DNA from: Octopus sinensis | Taxonomy: Eukaryota | Reading direction: 5' to 3' | DNA: 64,000 nucleotides | NCBI RefSeq assembly: GCF_006345805.1 | Contig: NC_043004.1 | Coordinates: forward strand, 4,898,001-4,962,000 | Shown: positions 40,301 to 51,641 of the stretch, in pieces | Position numbering within the stretch: position 1 is the stretch's first letter | Layout: each line of letters begins with the position of its first letter | Translations under genes and position numbers: made by a program | Notes under the pieces: model-generated | The model's database searches: none | What the model was told of the DNA's origin: nothing | The model's input: only the letters and a program-made list of their open reading frames with translations

Positions 40301-41553
40301 AAACCTAACCACTAACGTGCGAGCATCACCCTAACCACTAGGACACGCACCTTCAGGTTAATTACATAACCGTAAATATATAACATGTTAAAAAATAAAG
40401 ACGGGTGGTCACTTTCAGAACACCTTTGATCATAGGGCTGATTTGTTAAACAACAATTATTTCTTTTTTCTTTTCTACTTTAGGCACAAAAAAAAATTTT
40501 GAGGGAGGGGCCAGTCGATTACATCGACTCCAGTACGCAACAGGTACTTAATTTATTGACTCCGAAAGGATGAAAGGCGAAGTCGACCTCGGTGGAATTT
40601 GAACTCAGAACGTAAAGTCAGACAAAATACCTATTTCTTTACTACCCTCAAGAGGCTAAACACAGAGAGGACAAACAAGGACAGACAAACGGATTAAGTC
40701 GATTATATCGACCCCAGTGCGTAATCAACCCCAGTGCGTAATCGACCCCGAAAGGATGACAGGCAAAGTCGACCTCGGCGGAATTTGAACTCAGAACGTA
40801 GCGGCAGACGAAATACCGCTAAGCATTTCGCCCGGCGTGCTAACGTTTCTGCCAGCTTGCCGCCTTAAACAACAGGTATTTCTGGAATAATAATGGTGCT
40901 CTTGTTGGTGGATATTATACTTGCAAGTGAAGGAGCAGAGAAGAATTATCCAACGACCATAATGTACGTGAAGGTGTTTGAGCTGCTCTCGGTTTATATG
41001 TGTTGTCGCGACATAATAATAATTACGATCCATATGTATATGTGGATAGATAGCCACTTTGGAATCAGTGGCTATCCATTCACATATACACATGCATGTG
41101 TGCGTGCGTTTGTGTGTGTGTGCGCGCGCATGAAGGCCATCGCTGGATTAACTCATTAAGCAAAATAAGCACGTGATTAACCCATCAAGGGAAATGGGGG
41201 GCACCACAGAAATGAAAATAGTTTACGGCACGAAAGAAATCACTTTACACTTGCTAAAATAATATGCGTAATGCTTTATCTCTACTAAGGTTAGAAGCAG
41301 AAGTTTTATGTAAAATTAATATTAATAATATCATCGAACGCTTTCCAATTATAAAATAAAAACACGGAGAAATCTTTCCGAATATAAATGGAAGCACACA
41401 AAAATAAACATTATTTTCCATTTTTCTGTGAATTTTGTTTCAATTTGAAACAAAAAAAATAGAAAATGTATTTTATGGTTTATTATTCTTTTACTCGTTT
41501 CAGTCATTTGATTGCGGCCATGCTGGAGCACCGCCTTTAGTCGAAGAAATATC

Positions 41554-41780
41554 TCTTTCTTTACTACCCACAAGGGGCTAAACACAGAGAGGACAAACAA
41601 TGACAGACAAACAGATTAAGTCGATTATATCGACCCCAGTACGTAACTGGTACTTATTTAATCGACCCCGAAAGGATGAAAGGCAAAGTCGACCTCGGCG
41701 GAATTTGAACTCAGAACGTTGCGGCAGACGAAATACCGATAAGCATTTCGCCCGGCGTAGTAACGATTCTGCCAGCTCGC
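41554..41780 (-). mobile_element. Deu/Nin-like SINE inserted into a family A SINE, 12-bp TSD
   Basis: TSD CGAAGAAATATC at 41542-41553 and 41781-41792. Confidence 0.85.
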
Positions 41781-42409
41781 CGAAGAAATATCGACCCTAG
41801 GATTTATTCTTCGTAAGCCTAGTACTCATTCTATCACTCTCTTTTGCTGAACCGCTAAGTTACGGGAACATAAACACACCAACATCGGTTGTCAAGTGAC
41901 GGTGGGTGGACAAACACACACACACACATACATATATATACGACGGACTTCTTTCAGTTTCCGTCTACCTACCAAATCCACTCACAAGGCTTTGGTCAGC
42001 TCGAGGCTATAGTAGTAGACACTTGCCGAAGGTTGCCACGCAGTGGGACTGAACCCAATTATTTTTGTTTACACTTTGAACCATTTACATATACTTGAAG
42101 GCACCAAAGCCTTTTAAGTGCTTAGGGCTTCTATGAGTTTTAATCCGGCACTGGTTAAGGCGCGTGGTTAGTAGTTAGGGAGATTACATTCATCATCGTA
42201 AGATTGTAGTTTCGATTCCTGGACCCGGCAATGCTTTGGGTTCAAGAGTAAAATACGTCATTTCCCGTTTCCCTTAGTCCACTCAGCTGGCAAAGAGGAA
42301 TAACCCCACCAACAACCGGCATTGTCTTGAGGCACGGTGACGATTATTTAACACTGTACCTGTTAAGCCTGGGAATCAATTTGCTTCACTACACGCGATC
42401 CCAAAATGT

Positions 42410-43054
42410 ATGGCCTCGAGTTACATTATCCAAAATTATAAAACATCAATAATTACACTTATCAGCAGCGTTTTTAACAACAGTAGCTTTACGGACAATA
42501 ACAATCACAGCATTCCCAGAAACAGGGAATGTGCAGGTGATATTGCCTTAAATAGTAATGAAAATAGGTTGAATAGTATCGAGTCCAGCAGTAATTTTTA
42601 CAACCATCATAGAAATAAGAACGCTGTATTAGTATCAGAAACTAATCCCAATAGATTAAGGTTCCTATCAAATAACTCCAAATTTAGAAACACCACTTAC
42701 CAGTGCAAAATTTCTACTGGATCCGATGTCTACCTCTATATAGGCGCAACTTCCTCGAAATTAGCCACAAGGATATCAAATCATTTTTCCACGTTTCGTG
42801 ATAACAGTAAACAGCACGCCACGGGGCTAAGCAAATTAGTCTGGCGTTTGAAGAACGCAAATTCAACTTTTAAGCTGGAATGGTCAATATTATCGGTGTC
42901 CTTACCGTTTGATAAGGGCAGAAAAATCTGTGCCCTCTGTAATTCCGAACTCTTTCATATTCTGTTTGCCCGAGGCCAAGTAATAAACTCGATTGTCGAA
43001 CGATCTTTCAGATGCCTTCACTGGAAAAAGCATACCTTTCACTCATACCAATGA
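42410..43054 (+). CDS. GIY-YIG endonuclease of Penelope-like type with Asn/Ser-rich N-terminal linker (214 aa, uninterrupted)
   Basis: TTYQCKISTGSDVYLYIGATS..LATRISNH.STF.....HATGLSKLVWRLK....F.LEW.IL......G.KIC.LCNSEL..IL......IN...E...CLHW matches the PLE GIY-YIG pattern (Y..YIG, R..NH, LSK..W.LK, C.LC..E, N). Confidence 0.8.
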   Translation: MASSYIIQNYKTSIITLISSVFNNSSFTDNNNHSIPRNRECAGDIALNSNENRLNSIESSSNFYNHHRNKNAVLVSETNPNRLRFLSNNSKFRNTTYQCKISTGSDVYLYIGATSSKLATRISNHFSTFRDNSKQHATGLSKLVWRLKNANSTFKLEWSILSVSLPFDKGRKICALCNSELFHILFARGQVINSIVERSFRCLHWKKHTFHSYQ

Positions 43055-43604
43055 AGTCTAATATAGATAACCCCTGGACTTCCTAATAAATTAATTTGTG
43101 ATATCTCATCCCTTTAGTTTATATGACTTCCTCATAATTGCTAAGAACACTACCAATTCCAGCAGTAACCTTCTCTCTTGTCATTATTATTGTGGCTCTT
43201 TCTACCCTCTCCCTCTTAAGTTGACACATTCGAACACACAGACACAGTTTTTTCACCTCTTGACCGTTAATTCTTTTTCTCTGCCTTCTAAACACACATT
43301 CACTCAGTCACAGACACACACACACATTAAGGCAAATTTACACACTCATACATACGAGCACTCATTCATAAAATAAATCAAATATAAACACCAGTCATAC
43401 AGAATACATTCCCTCACTTTAGTTTTCCTTTACCTTCCTTCACCAACCCTGATTGAACCCTATTTTAACTGACATTTTCTCATACTTTCAACCAATCTGG
43501 CGTCACCCCCTATAAATAGACACTATTTATCATTATCTCTATGGGCTCCTAGTGAGCAGTCATCGAAAAACTTGTGCATTTTGTTGGAGAATTAAGTTCC
43601 TGGT

Positions 43605-43688
43605 TTTTCCTGAAGAGAAAGCTGCATAATGGACTCCTTATTCATTCGGAATTAGGGATTTTGCAGACTTCGAAACATATGTCGAAAA
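43605..43688 (+). ncRNA. type I hammerhead ribozyme, predicted cleavage after GUC at 43683
   Basis: Stem I TTTTC(43605-09)/GAAAA(43684-88); CTGAAGA 43610-16; stem II GAA..CTGCA/TGCAG..TTC with long loop; GAAA 43672-75; palindromic stem III CATATG; full core present. Confidence 0.75.
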
Positions 43689-43900
43689 TAAAATAAAGGA
43701 ACTTTGTTAAATCTTCGTTCAGTTCCATTCTTTCCTATACTTAATATATTAAACTAAACTTCAAATTTCCGCACTAAGCCACGGATTTTATGCCCTATGG
43801 TCGTAACTTCAACCGTGCTTTTTCTGTTGTGAGTTTGCTACCCAGGTATCGGTTATCTTTCGAATTATCCGTAATAAGATAATTCATTTGTCTACTTAAA

Positions 43901-43951
<51 letters not shown>

Positions 43952-44000
43952 GTATATAATGTGTGATAATATATCTGTATGTGTGTGTGTGTTGAGTGTA

Positions 44001-44078
<78 letters not shown>

Positions 44079-44285
44079 TATATATATATACATATATATG
44101 CATACACACAGACACACAGACATACATGCACATATACACAAACAATAAATTTCTCTGCCTATGCATCTATTATTTATGTGCGTGTGTATTACATCATAAG
44201 CAGATAGATATATACATAAATATAGCGTGGAGTTATACATATATACATATGCATGTTTGTGTATATGTGTGTATGTGTGTTTATG

Positions 44286-44351
<66 letters not shown>

Positions 44352-44355
<4 letters not shown>

Positions 44356-46074
44356 AATAAAATAGAATATATGCATATATATAAACATATATGTACGTAC
44401 CTACCTCTACATGTACATATACACGCATATATGTGTACAGGACACCAAAAAGACGTCGAACACATAGAGAGACGAAACACGTAGACACAAACCAAGGAAC
44501 AAGACAAGCAAAAAAAAAAAGGGAGAGATACAGGACAATAAGCACAACGAAAAATCCCCTTCTTCAGTCGCTAAGATTTCATCTACTAAACGTTTCGAAG
44601 GATAAAAGCGAGACGTATACTTCGAAGAAAAATTCCTTCCCGCGAAAAGCAAATCAATTAAAATTCTGAGATCTTTTCGCAGAGGGGTAAAAAAAAGGAA
44701 GACGGTAACGACAGTACAAACATATAAACAGTAAAAAATATATATATAAACGGTGGAAAAATAAATATATAACAGTGAGAGACAAGACAAGGAGAACAAG
44801 ATAAGGAGGGCTGTTAACGCCAGACGAAAAAAGTATTGTAAACGCTGGATTATCGTGGAAGACAGAGAGGGAAATTTTGTCAACCAGAAGCCTTGCAAGG
44901 CTGGCGAGAAAGGACAGGAAAGCAGTTACGACGGAAGTATCGTCGCAGATGGATGACGGGAATGGGGGAGGAGGAGCAAGAGGAAGAGAGAGAAGAAGGG
45001 GAATGGTGCGAGGAGACCATGAAGAATGGTGAAAGGGAGAGAGAGAATGAAGAATGAGAGAGAGAGGAAGAGACAAGTTAAGTGAGGGAAAAAAAGACGA
45101 AAAAGGGAATGGGAGAGAAAGAAAGAAAGATGCAGAGTCGCGTGAGAGTTAATATCAAGGCTAACTTGATAAACAGAACAATCTTACTTAGTAGGGTGCG
45201 TGCGTTTAATCGTATAATATGTTAATAAAATAGAATATATGCATATATATAAACATATATGTACGTACCTACCTCTACATGTACATATACACGCATATAT
45301 GTGTACAGGACACCAAAAAGACGTCGAACACATAGAGAGACGAAACACGTAGACACAAACCAAGGAACAAGACAAGCAAAAAAAAAAAGGGAGAGATACA
45401 GGACAATAAGCACAACGAAAAATCCCCTTCTTCAGTCGCTAAGATTTCATCTACTAAACGTTTCGAAGGATAAAAGCGAGACGTATACTTCGAAGAAAAA
45501 TTCCTTCCCGCGAAAAGCAAATCAATTAAAATTCTGAGATCTTTTCGCAGAGGGGTAAAAAAAAGGAAGACGGTAACGACAGTACAAACATATAAACAGT
45601 AAAAAATATATATATAAACGGTGGAAAAATAAATATATAACAGTGAGAGACAAGACAAGGAGAACAAGATAAGGAGGGCTGTTAACGCCAGACGAAAAAA
45701 GTATTGTAAACGCTGGATTATCGTGGAAGACAGAGAGGGAAATTTTGTCAACCAGAAGCCTTGCAAGGCGGGCGAGAAAGGACAGGAAAGCAGTTACGAC
45801 GGAAGTATCGTCGCAGATGGATGACGGGAATGGGGGAGGAGGAGCAAGAGGAAGAGAGAGAAGAAGGGGAATGGTGCGAGGAGACCATGAAGAATGGTGA
45901 AAGGGAGAGAGAGAATGAAGAATGAGAGAGAGAGGAAGAGACAAGTTAAGTGAGGGAAAAAAAGACGAAAAAGGGAATGGGAGAGAAAGAAAGAAAGATG
46001 CAGAGTCGCGTGAGAGTTAATATCAAGGCTAACTTGATAAACAGAACAATCTTACTTAGTAGGGTGCGTGCGTT
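44352..46074 (-). repeat. tandem dimer of an 868-bp non-coding unit between (TA)n arrays, PLE-like
   Basis: ORF coordinates repeat at +868 (44354/45222, 44407/45275); one substitution noticed (AGGCTGG vs AGGCGGG); minus strand has a half hammerhead core CTGAAGAAGGGG and motifs TTGTCCTGTA / GGTGTCCTGTACACA shared with 49377-50446. Confidence 0.85.
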
Positions 46075-46953
46075 ATATATATATATATATATTTACAGAT
46101 ATATATATATATACATATATATACATATATATGTGTGTGTGTATACATATATTTGTGTGTATATATACACACAGACACACACACACACATGCACAAGCAT
46201 TAATAAATTTGTCTATGCTTCTATGTATGTATGTATGTTTGAATGTATGTATAATTACGGTAATACTTATATTTCATTATGTATTTGTTTGTTTGTATGT
46301 ATATATCCGTGTGTGTCTGTGTATGTATTTATACGTATCTATCATAAATCTAAACTTTATAAATGTATGTATGTATGTGCATATAATAGTGTATGTGTGC
46401 TTGTATGTGCGCATGTATACGCATACAAGCACACACGTCTGCGTGTACGAATTTATACAGACGTTCACTTCCAAAGCATCCGGTATAACATTTTCCCCAA
46501 AACCAGACGAGATATATGGAAGACAGAAGTTTCTTTAAACCACTTGAGGTAATGTCTAGCGGGAATTGTTTGTCTGATATACAGGTCTGAATTAAAAGAA
46601 CGAAATATTATGACATTAATTGTAGACACGGGAGTGAGCAATGTGTTTTGTTAACATTTCTCTTTCAAATACTGCAAAGTAGGAAATGATTGCCTTTTCG
46701 ATAATCATTGGAGCGCAAATTTTATTATTTATCCTTCTTGTTCAGTTCGTGTACTACACTTTATTTTATTTTCTCTCTGCGTCTTTGTCCGTCTTCTTTT
46801 GTTTCTTGCAGTGCGCCATCATTTTCTTTTGTTTTCGTTGCATTGTTTATCATGTTGTTTGAGATCTAGAGCAGCCGTTGGATAAACTTTACAGTCTTGA
46901 TGTGTTTAGATGCGGTTGTGCATGTTTTATAATCAAATAGCAGCCGATACTTA

Positions 46954-47113
46954 CAGTAGCGTAACTGGGAGGAGGCGAGGAGCAGTCCATCTCAGGTGAC
47001 TCTTTTATGAAGGCAGTAGTTTTGGGTTAGCTTGTGCAAGCTTGTGGAGCCAAGTGATTGGGCGGCAAGCTCAATGGTTGTCCCGAGCAGCGCTCACTCT
47101 AGCTATGCCACTG
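46954..47113. mobile_element. hAT-like MITE, 160 bp
   Basis: TIR CAGTAGCGTAACTGG / CTAGCTATGCCACTG; 8-bp TSD GATACTTA / GATGCTTG (6/8 identical). Confidence 0.7.
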
Positions 47114-47635
47114 GATGCTTGTTTTTTCCTCTCCTTTCAGAGTTCGATAAAATAAGACAAACAGACCTGGAGAAGAGGAAGAGCCTTTCATTGGTGAATT
47201 CGGGAATGACGACGAAAGGACTTTCATAAACCTGATTGTTTATTCAACCGAACGATTAATCTAACAATTGATTAGTTAATTGGTTAACTACTCAATCACT
47301 TGGCGAATACAAAATAAAGAAGTGAAATAGAACCAATATTGGAGTAATGACCCTACCGAGACACAACAATGAAGTTAAATCCAGGGATCGATCGATATTG
47401 TAAGAAACATTGAAGTGCTACTCAGGATCATAAAAGCAAGAACCTGTCAAATATTAAGGCTATCGTTGTTCTTCATGTTCTTGTTCTTGTGAAGATGCAT
47501 GGTTTAGTAGTTAAGATACTCGGTTCACGATCGTATGGTCGTGAGTTCGATTCCAGGCGACACATTGTGTCCTTGAGCAAGGTACTTCATTTCACATTGG
47601 TCCAGGTCACTCAACTGGCAAAAATTAATAGTGCC

Positions 47636-48540
47636 AAAATTTTGATGAAAATTTTCAGACAAATTTTCAAAAACTTTTTTGAAAATTTTTTTGAAAATTC
47701 ATCAAAATTTTCAAAAAACTTTTCAGAAATTTTGACGAAAATTTTCAGAAAATTTTCAAAAATTTTGATGAGGATTTTAAAAAACTTTTCAAAAATATTG
47801 ATGAAAATTTTCAAAAAATTTTCAAAACCTTTTAATGAAAATTCTCAAAAAACATTTCAAAAATTTTAATGAAAATTTCAAAAAAGTTTTCAAAAATTTT
47901 GATGAAAATTTTTGAAAAACTTTTCAAAAATCTTGATGAAAATTTTTAAAACATTTTCAAAAATTTTTTAATTTTGATGGAATTTTTCAAAAAACTTTTC
48001 AGAAATTTTGACGAAAATTTTCAGAAAATTTTCAAAAATTTTGATGAGGATTTTAAAAAACTTTTCAAAAATATTGATGAAAATTTTCAAAAAATTTTCA
48101 AAACCTTTTAATGAAAATTCTCAAAAAACATTTCAAAAATTTTAATGAAAATTTCAAAAAAGTTTTCAAAAATTTTGATGAAAATTTTTGAAAAACTTTT
48201 CAAAAATCTTGATGAAAATTTTTAAAACATTTTCAAAAATTTTTTAATTTTGATGGAATTTTTCAAAAAACTTTTCAAAAATTTTGATGAAAATTTTCAG
48301 GAATATTTTCAAAAATTTTGATGAAAATTTTCAAAAATCTTGACGAAAATTTTCAAAAAACTTTCCAAAATTTTGAGGAAAAGTTTCAAAAAACTTTTCA
48401 GAAATTTTGATGAAAATTTTCAAAAAAATTTTCCAAAAATTTTGATGAAAATTTTCGAAAAATTTTCAAAAATTTTGATAAAAGTTTTCAAAATACTTTC
48501 CAAAATTTTGATGGAAATTTTCAAAAAACTTTTCAAAAAT
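47636..48540. repeat. AT-rich ~33-bp satellite with 276-bp higher-order duplication
   Basis: Unit about AAAATTTTGATGAAAATTTTCAAAAAACTTTTC; CAGAAATTTTGACG at 47724 and 48000; inverted unit near 47670-47712. Confidence 0.9.
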
Positions 48541-49204
48541 CAACGGAGGACCAGTTGTTCTTATTTAGCCACAGATCGTAGGTCTTAATCGAGCAGACCT
48601 ACATGCAAGAGTATTTCAGCTGTGTCCATCAATCAGAATGTTGTGTTTTATGGTTTGGGTCGTTGTTGTTTTGTTGGGAGGTTTTTTGCCTCTATGGCCC
48701 GGCATACACCAGTAATTGACATATTTTAATGTTGTTCATTTTTCTTCATTGTCATTTCATAAACTGATATTTGCGCCCAGGTTTGCGTCTTAATTTTTTT
48801 TTTTTTTTTACCTGTAACTAGCATTTCGAAAATATTTTCTTGCGGTATACTTTGGTGACAATACCCCATATATTCTTATTAATGAGGTTGTTATTTTCCT
48901 AACCCATTTCATATTTCATAAGCCGAACAAACCTGCAGGAGACTGGGGATAGACCAAGAACTAGATGGTTGCATAACATCCATAGTCCCTGTTGGTCACG
49001 CTGGAGAACCCAGCAGAATAGTTTAATGGTGCTTGCTTCCGATAGAACCTTGTAAGGGAGAAGACTCTACCCTAACAACCCTCGCAGGAATAGTGATCGG
49101 AGAAAAGGATGGGTATTTGTATTAACAGACCATTGACAGTAAAGAAAATTTTTAACTGCTAAAGCTTTCTTTTTTATTCTCTCTCTGTTTATTTTCTGGT
49201 GTTC

Positions 49205-49240
49205 CTTTCTGTTGAAGAGCATAGGCTCGAAACGTAAAAG
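49205..49240 (+). ncRNA. minimal hammerhead ribozyme motif (PLE type, A6U variant)
   Basis: CTTT-CTGTTGA-A-GAGC(atag)GCTC-GAA-ACGT-A-AAAG; element (~49170-49335) ends in (TA)n. Confidence 0.55.
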
Positions 49241-49330
49241 ACTTTCTCACCTTCCCGAGCGTTAAACTAATACACTGGTTTGTTGTTTACACACCTGTCT
49301 TCGTCTTTTGTTTTTTGTAAATTCCAACTA

Positions 49331-49376
<46 letters not shown>

Positions 49377-49380
<4 letters not shown>

Positions 49381-50446
49381 AACTTACTGTGGTCAAGGCT
49401 GCGTGGCGTTCGATTATAAATAAATAAAATGTAAAAATACACATTGTGTACAGGACATCACCAACAAGTGGAAAATACGTAAACACACGAGAGATAAGTA
49501 CAGAACAAAATAGCCAAAAAAGATAACTTCTCATCAGTTGTCTGTTTGTTCATTTCGTGTTTTTAACGACATTATAATTTTAAAAATATAAAGTTCATGG
49601 AGAGTTAGAGCTTCGATCGTACAAACAACGTCAGAGCGCACGTACACAGTAAACAATTTATGAAGACAAACATTAATGGCCGTTAGACCAACTCGTTGGT
49701 GATGTTCTGTACACAATGTGTATTTTTTATTCGATTTATTTATGATCGAACGCCATGCAGCCTTGACCAGAGTAAGTTCTTACATCTATTTATAATTTCT
49801 GTGACTACACAGTTTTCTTTCTCTCTACACCACTATAACCTTCTTTGCTTCCCCTGTCTGTCTTTCTTCCACTCCCTACAATCTGTCGTTCCTTCTCCCT
49901 TGTCCTCACTCCTTTTGTTTCTTTCCCTCATCCTCTCTCTTGTCCCTTTCCCCTCTACCTCTGTTACTCACACGTGACTACAGGCCATTTCTCTTGCCCC
50001 TGTGTTTTCTGGACTAAGACGTTCACCGGGCTGGATGTCATTTTTCTCGGCTCCCGACATTTTTCTTCAACTATTTCTTTCTCTTCTAATGATTCTGTTT
50101 GCTTGAAAAAAATTTCTCCCAGGCGTTACCCATTACAATTCGCCTTGGTTTGACGGTCCTTAATGTTTGTCTTCGTTGATTGTCTACTTCATACGTCCAC
50201 TCTGTCGTTGTTTGTTCGATCGAAGTTCTAACTCTCCATGAATTTTAGAATTTTAAAATTTCTGGATGCTGCTGTCTTATGAAGTTCCCGACATTATCGT
50301 TAAAAGCACGAAATAGGAATAATAAACAATCCGACAACTGATTAGGAGTTATATTCTTTTGGTATTTTGTCCTGTACTTTTCTTTCGTGCGCTTACGTAT
50401 TTTTCACTCGTTGGTGATGTCCTGTACACAATGTGTATTTTTTATT
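49377..50446 (+). mobile_element. miniature non-autonomous element with PLE-like direct and inverted terminal repeats
   Basis: 41-bp direct repeat at 49691-49731 and 50406-50446 (1 mismatch); 49377-49690 is a diverged inverted copy of 50145-50446 plus 49691-49780; both outer ends abut TA tracts. Confidence 0.6.
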
Positions 50447-50456
50447 ATATATATAT

Positions 50457-50790
50457 GAAGGTGTATAGCTCAGTGGTTAGAACGTCGAGCTTACGATCGT
50501 AAGGTTGTGAGTCCGAATCCAGGATCGGGCTGCGTGTTGTGTTCTTGAGCAAGACACTTTATTTCATGTTACTCCAGTTCACTCAGCTGTAGAAATGAGT
50601 TGTGACGTCACAGGTGCCAAGCTGTATCGGCTGTTGCCTTTCCTTTGGATAACACTGGAGGTGTGGAGAGGGGAGGCCGGTATGCATGGGACACTGCTAG
50701 TCTTCCATAAACAACCTTGCCCGGACTTGTGCCTGGGAGGGTAACTTTCTAGGTGCAATTCCACGGCCAGTCTTGACCGAAGGGGGTCTC
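50457..50790 (+). mobile_element. V-domain-like tRNA SINE with a distinct tail
   Basis: GAAGGTGTATAGCTCAGTGGTTAGAACGTCGAGC...GAGTCCGAATCC head, GTGTTCTTGAGCAAGACAC domain, tail unlike that of 55905-56222. Confidence 0.7.
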
Positions 50791-51176
50791 AGCAATATAT
50801 ATATATATATATATATATATATCATGGCACTCTGTCGGTTACGACGACGAGGGTTCCAGTTGATCTGATCAACGGAACAGCCCGCTCGTGAAATTAACGC
50901 GCAAGTGGCTGAGCACTCCACAGATACGTGTACCCTTAAAGTAGTTCTCGGGGAGATTCAGCGTGACACAGTGTGTGACAAGGCTGGCCCTTTGAAACAC
51001 AGGTACAAAAGAAACAGAAATAGGAAGGAAGAAAAAGTGAGAGGAAATAGTGGGGAAAAAGTACAGAAGGGTTCGCAACCGGAGCCCCTTGGAACTTTAG
51101 GTGTTTTCATTCAATAAAGACTGACAACATCCTACGACTACGAGTCCGCTGACCAACCACTAACCCACTGCACCTC

Positions 51177-51247
<71 letters not shown>

Positions 51248-51249
<2 letters not shown>

Positions 51250-51641
51250 ATTAATTATGAATTTTCTGGTTAATTCCGTAATGGAATCGACGACTTATAT
51301 TTATTTGCTGCCGATAAATTTGGCGCGAGTGCGATGATTTGAAAATTTTAGGTCAGATATTGCCTTGGCAGGGTCGGAAATGCCTCGTGAAAATATCTGT
51401 TCCGACTTGGCTATTTCTTACTGAAGAATCTGAGGGCCTATGGAAGATTGGCTTGATTTAATTTAATCAGGTTAGTTTACCATTAAACAGCAGATGAAAC
51501 GGTGCATCGTATAAGAAATTACAGGGTAAATGTTTTTTAAATTTTCTCCTGGTTTACGGAATTGATTTTTATTTGCGGTTGAAGCTTTGGCTGTTATTTC
51601 TAGTGGGTGAATGGCCTATTATGGCCGTTCCTTGATTGTTG

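Larger units (their letters stand above)
42341..43893 (+). mobile_element. Penelope-like element 3' portion (EN ORF, 3' UTR/pLTR with hammerhead), ending in (TA)n
   Basis: GIY-YIG ORF, type I hammerhead 43605-43688, 3' junction with (TA)n at ~43893; 5' boundary approximate. Confidence 0.8.

Noticed and set aside
43545-43580. Second hammerhead upstream of 43605 (CTAGTGA...CGAAA)
   Set aside because: The core is altered, and no stem I, stem III or cleavage triplet can be formed.
44540-44660. Complete hammerhead in the 868-bp unit
   Set aside because: The minus strand has CTGAAGAAGGGG with no downstream GAAA, and an upstream GAAGGA/TCCTTC-GAAACGT with no CUGA core; relics only.
44407-44898. 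163-aa hydrophobic ORF repeated at 45275-45766
   Set aside because: It derives from the pyrimidine-rich strand of the 868-bp repeat, has no domain motif, and runs into microsatellite.
47489-48588. K/F/I-rich ORFs of 82-126 aa
   Set aside because: Translations of the AT-rich satellite.
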